64,000 nucleotides of DNA, taken from positions 81,158,001 to 81,222,000 of the forward strand of contig JAGIQG010000009.1 in the NCBI GenBank assembly GCA_024679065.1. Direction: 5' to 3'. The stretch is from Sphyrna mokarran. Taxonomy: Eukaryota. The notes below the pieces were generated by a model. It saw only the letters and a program-made list of their open reading frames with translations, searched no databases and was not told where the DNA came from. How positions within the stretch are numbered: position 1 is the first letter of the stretch; each line of letters opens with the position of its first letter. Shown piece after piece: positions 60,858 to 64,000 of this stretch. Both the position numbers and the translations under genes were made by a program.

Positions 60858-63800
60858 CTGAAAGAGAAGAGAAGGAATTTTAATCACTGTCATTTTCAGA
60901 CTTTCAACATCCCGAATATTAACTGGGATCAAATCAGTGTCAATGATTTGATGTTGCAGAATTCTGAAAATCCATTCCAGGGGAACGTTTTTAACCAGTC
61001 CGGAACAATCCCAACAAGAGAAGGGTCAATTTTAGCAGTTTTAGGGAATGAAACTCAGCATGTGGAAGGTGTATCAGTGAGAGAGCATTTGGGTAATAAT
61101 GATCATAATAGATTTAGAGTAGCTCCGGAAAAGGGGAAAGATCGATCAAGAGTAAACGTTTTAAATGGGAAAAGGCCAATTTCACTAAACTGGAATTTGC
61201 CAAAATGGAAAGGAAACAGTGACTTGAAGGTAAATCAGTGTCAGAGCAGTGGGAGGATATTCGAGCTGGAGATAGAGTTCAGGACATATATGTTCATCAA
61301 GCAATAGTGTGGGACATTGCAAAGAGAATAACTAAGGATTAAATAGGGCTGATTAGAGATCGAAAAGGTAACTTGTGTGTGGAAGGACAAAGTTGACATT
61401 GTGGTTCAGGAGAGGAGGGATTGTGAAAGAATTATTGGGATAATGATAGTGAGCGAGGAGGTATTAATGTGTTTATCACCATTTAAAATGGAGAAATTCC
61501 CAGGGCCGGGTGAAATGTATCCCAGGAAGTGAAAGGAAGAACAGGAAGAAATAACAGAGACTCTGACCATTATTTTCCAATCCTCTCTGTGTACAGGTGT
61601 GGTATGGGTGGACTGGAGGATGGATCACACTTTTTCAAACTAAAAGCTGATGGAATCCGAGGGAAAGTGGCACATTCGAATTCAAATTATTTCCGTGTCT
61701 GAGGGTAAAGGTTTTGATTTGAAGCCGGTTAAATCATTTTGCAATCTTACTGAAACTGTAAACAAGATTAGTACAAATTCAGCGCTGAAATGGTTAATAC
61801 TGAGAGTATTTAAAGACACGGTGTCCCTTTAAGAGACTGTTAACCAATCAGGAAGCTGGAACTATTGCTCAGTCTGTCTGGGGGAAACAGGTTGAGCATC
61901 AACAAACCTCAGATCACACACAGATCAGGAGAACTTTATCCCAGAACATTGGAGCAGACTTGGATCAACACACCACTCAGGATTCCCATTGGCTGGTGTA
62001 GAAACTTCTAGATTTCATTTCAAACCTTACTGTCCAGCACTGGGCTGAGGTCAAGGGTGAGGCCAGAATTAGTCTCAGTGTCCAGGGGTCAGACAGGGTC
62101 ACTACTCCGAATGACCTCATGAACTCTGGAGGATGTGACTATGTGGAGAATGGGTGAGGATCAGGATTAGGAATCTTCAACCTCACAGACAGAATTACAT
62201 TTCTATAGCACCTGTCACCACCTCAGAATGTCCTAATGTGTTTTACAGCTCATTGTGCACAGCAAGATCCCAGGGAGCAGAGTGAGAAAGAACAGATAAG
62301 AAGACATGAGGCGATATTGTCTGAGGGATGAATATTGACCAGTTCACCGGAGTGAACTCCCCTGCTCTTCTTCCAATAGCACCATGGGATCTTTTACACC
62401 CGCTGAGAGGGCAGATATCAGATTGTCTCATCTGAAAGATGGGAGGTCTGTAGTTTAGAGGGGGGATATGACAGGTGCTGGCCCTTTCCCCATGAAGATT
62501 TTGGAAGTGGATGGGGAAAGTGGGAGGTGAACTAGAGAAACATCTTTGTTGCTGCTGAAACTCTTGCTATCTGCTCAGTCATACCTAATAAACACACAGA
62601 CACATCAGACAAACATCAGTCTGTTTCTGTGGATTCTCTGCTGCTTTCAGTTCAATGAAGAGTGCAGGAGGACATGCCAGGAGCAACAACAGACAGACTG
62701 AAAAATGAGGTGTTACCTTGGTGAAGCTACAACACAGAGACTGTGTGCCAAACAGCAGAAGCAGCAAGTGATAGACAGAGTTAAACCATCCCACAACCAG
62801 TGGATCAGATCTAAGCTCTGCAGTCCTGTCACATCCAGCCATGAATGGTGGTGGACAATTAAACAACTCACTGGAGGAGGAGGCACCACAAATATTCCCA
62901 TCCTCAATGATGGAGGAACCCAGCACATCAGTACAAAAGATAAGGCTGAAGCATTTGCAGAATCTTCAGCCAGAAGTGCCGAGTGGATGATCCATCTCGA
63001 CCTTCCCCGGAGATCCTGAAGACTTGTGATCCAGAACTTCCCGTGTCCCTAACCAAGCTGTCCCTGTACATCTACAACACTGGCATCAACACAACATTGT
63101 GATAAATTACCCGGTTATGAACTGTGCACAAAAAACAGGACAAATCCAATCTACACAATAACCACCCCATCAGTCTACTCTCGATCATCAGCAATGTGAT
63201 CTGAACATATCCAGAGCGATACCAAGCAGCACTTACTCAGCAATAATCTGCTCACTGACACTCAGTTTGTGTTCTACCAGGGTCACTCAGCTCCTGATCT
63301 CATTACAGTCTTGGTTCAAACATGGACAAAAGAGCTGAACTCCAGAGGTGAGGTGAGAGAGACTGTCCTTAACATCAAGGCAGCATTTCAGCAAGTGTGG
63401 CATCAAGGAGCCCTCACAAAACTGGAGCCAATGGGAATCAGGGGAAAACTCTCCACTGGTTGGAGTTGTACCCGGCACAAAGGAAGATGGTTGTTGTTTG
63501 GGGTTTAACTCTACAATCTATATTAATGAGCTGGATGAAGGGAATGAGAGGAATGTCACTAAACTTGCTGATGATAAAATGAAAAATAGAAATGCATGTT
63601 GTGAGGAGGATACAGAGTCTGAAAAGGGATAGAGATAGGTTCAGTGAGTGGGGAAACATCGACAGATGGAGAATAATGTGGGAAAACGAGGTTGTCCACT
63701 TTGGCAGGAAAATAGAGCAGAATACTAGTAAACTGGAGAAATTCTATCCAGTGATCTGGATGTTTTTGCATCCAGGAACAGGAAAAAAATTAGGAAGGCA

Positions 63801-64000
63801 CTTGGAATGTTGCTGTTCATTCCAATGAGGATGAGTATAAAAGGAGGGATGTTTTACTACAGCACATTGGGAAAATCACACTGAGAATATTGTGGATACT
63901 TAGGGTCTCCTTACTTAAGGAAAGATATAGTGGAGTTGGAAAGAGTTCAGAGATGGTTCACTGGGCTGATTCCACCGAGTAAGGGATTGTCTTATGAGGA

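Overview
Eukaryotic genomic DNA from a cartilaginous fish (shark-type immunoglobulin cluster organisation and shark-type SINE/CR1 repeats). The window holds a head-to-tail ~30-kb tandem array of immunoglobulin light-chain clusters on the minus strand, of kappa/NS4 type (V with 12-RSS, J with 23-RSS). Cluster 1 is complete and unrearranged (leader 13117-13165, V 12634-12934, J 10749-10783, C 622-950). Cluster 2 is also complete and unrearranged (leader 41960-42008, V 41476-41773, J 40832-40866, C 30530-30858). Only the C exon (60529-60857) and part of the J-C intron of cluster 3 are in the window. Introns and spacers are filled with CR1-type LINEs (several cluster-specific, with recognisable empty sites in the sister unit), tRNA-derived SINEs, a decayed Gypsy LTR element, and Penelope-type repeats with hammerhead-ribozyme motifs. 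The most notable observations are: (i) a 61-bp minisatellite lying between the V and J RSSs with two CACAGT heptamer cores per unit (~25 copies in cluster 1, ~5 in cluster 2); (ii) a 116-bp block that is identical in four copies, arranged as inverted pairs near an Ets-IRF composite motif that also occurs in both V promoters; (iii) an intact minimal hammerhead in a 160-bp TSD-flanked insertion, and a 97-bp perfect palindrome just 3' of C; (iv) a J segment reading FAKG instead of FGxG, and a V with a remodelled, one-codon-longer FR3 loop. All functional roles proposed are inferences from sequence only.
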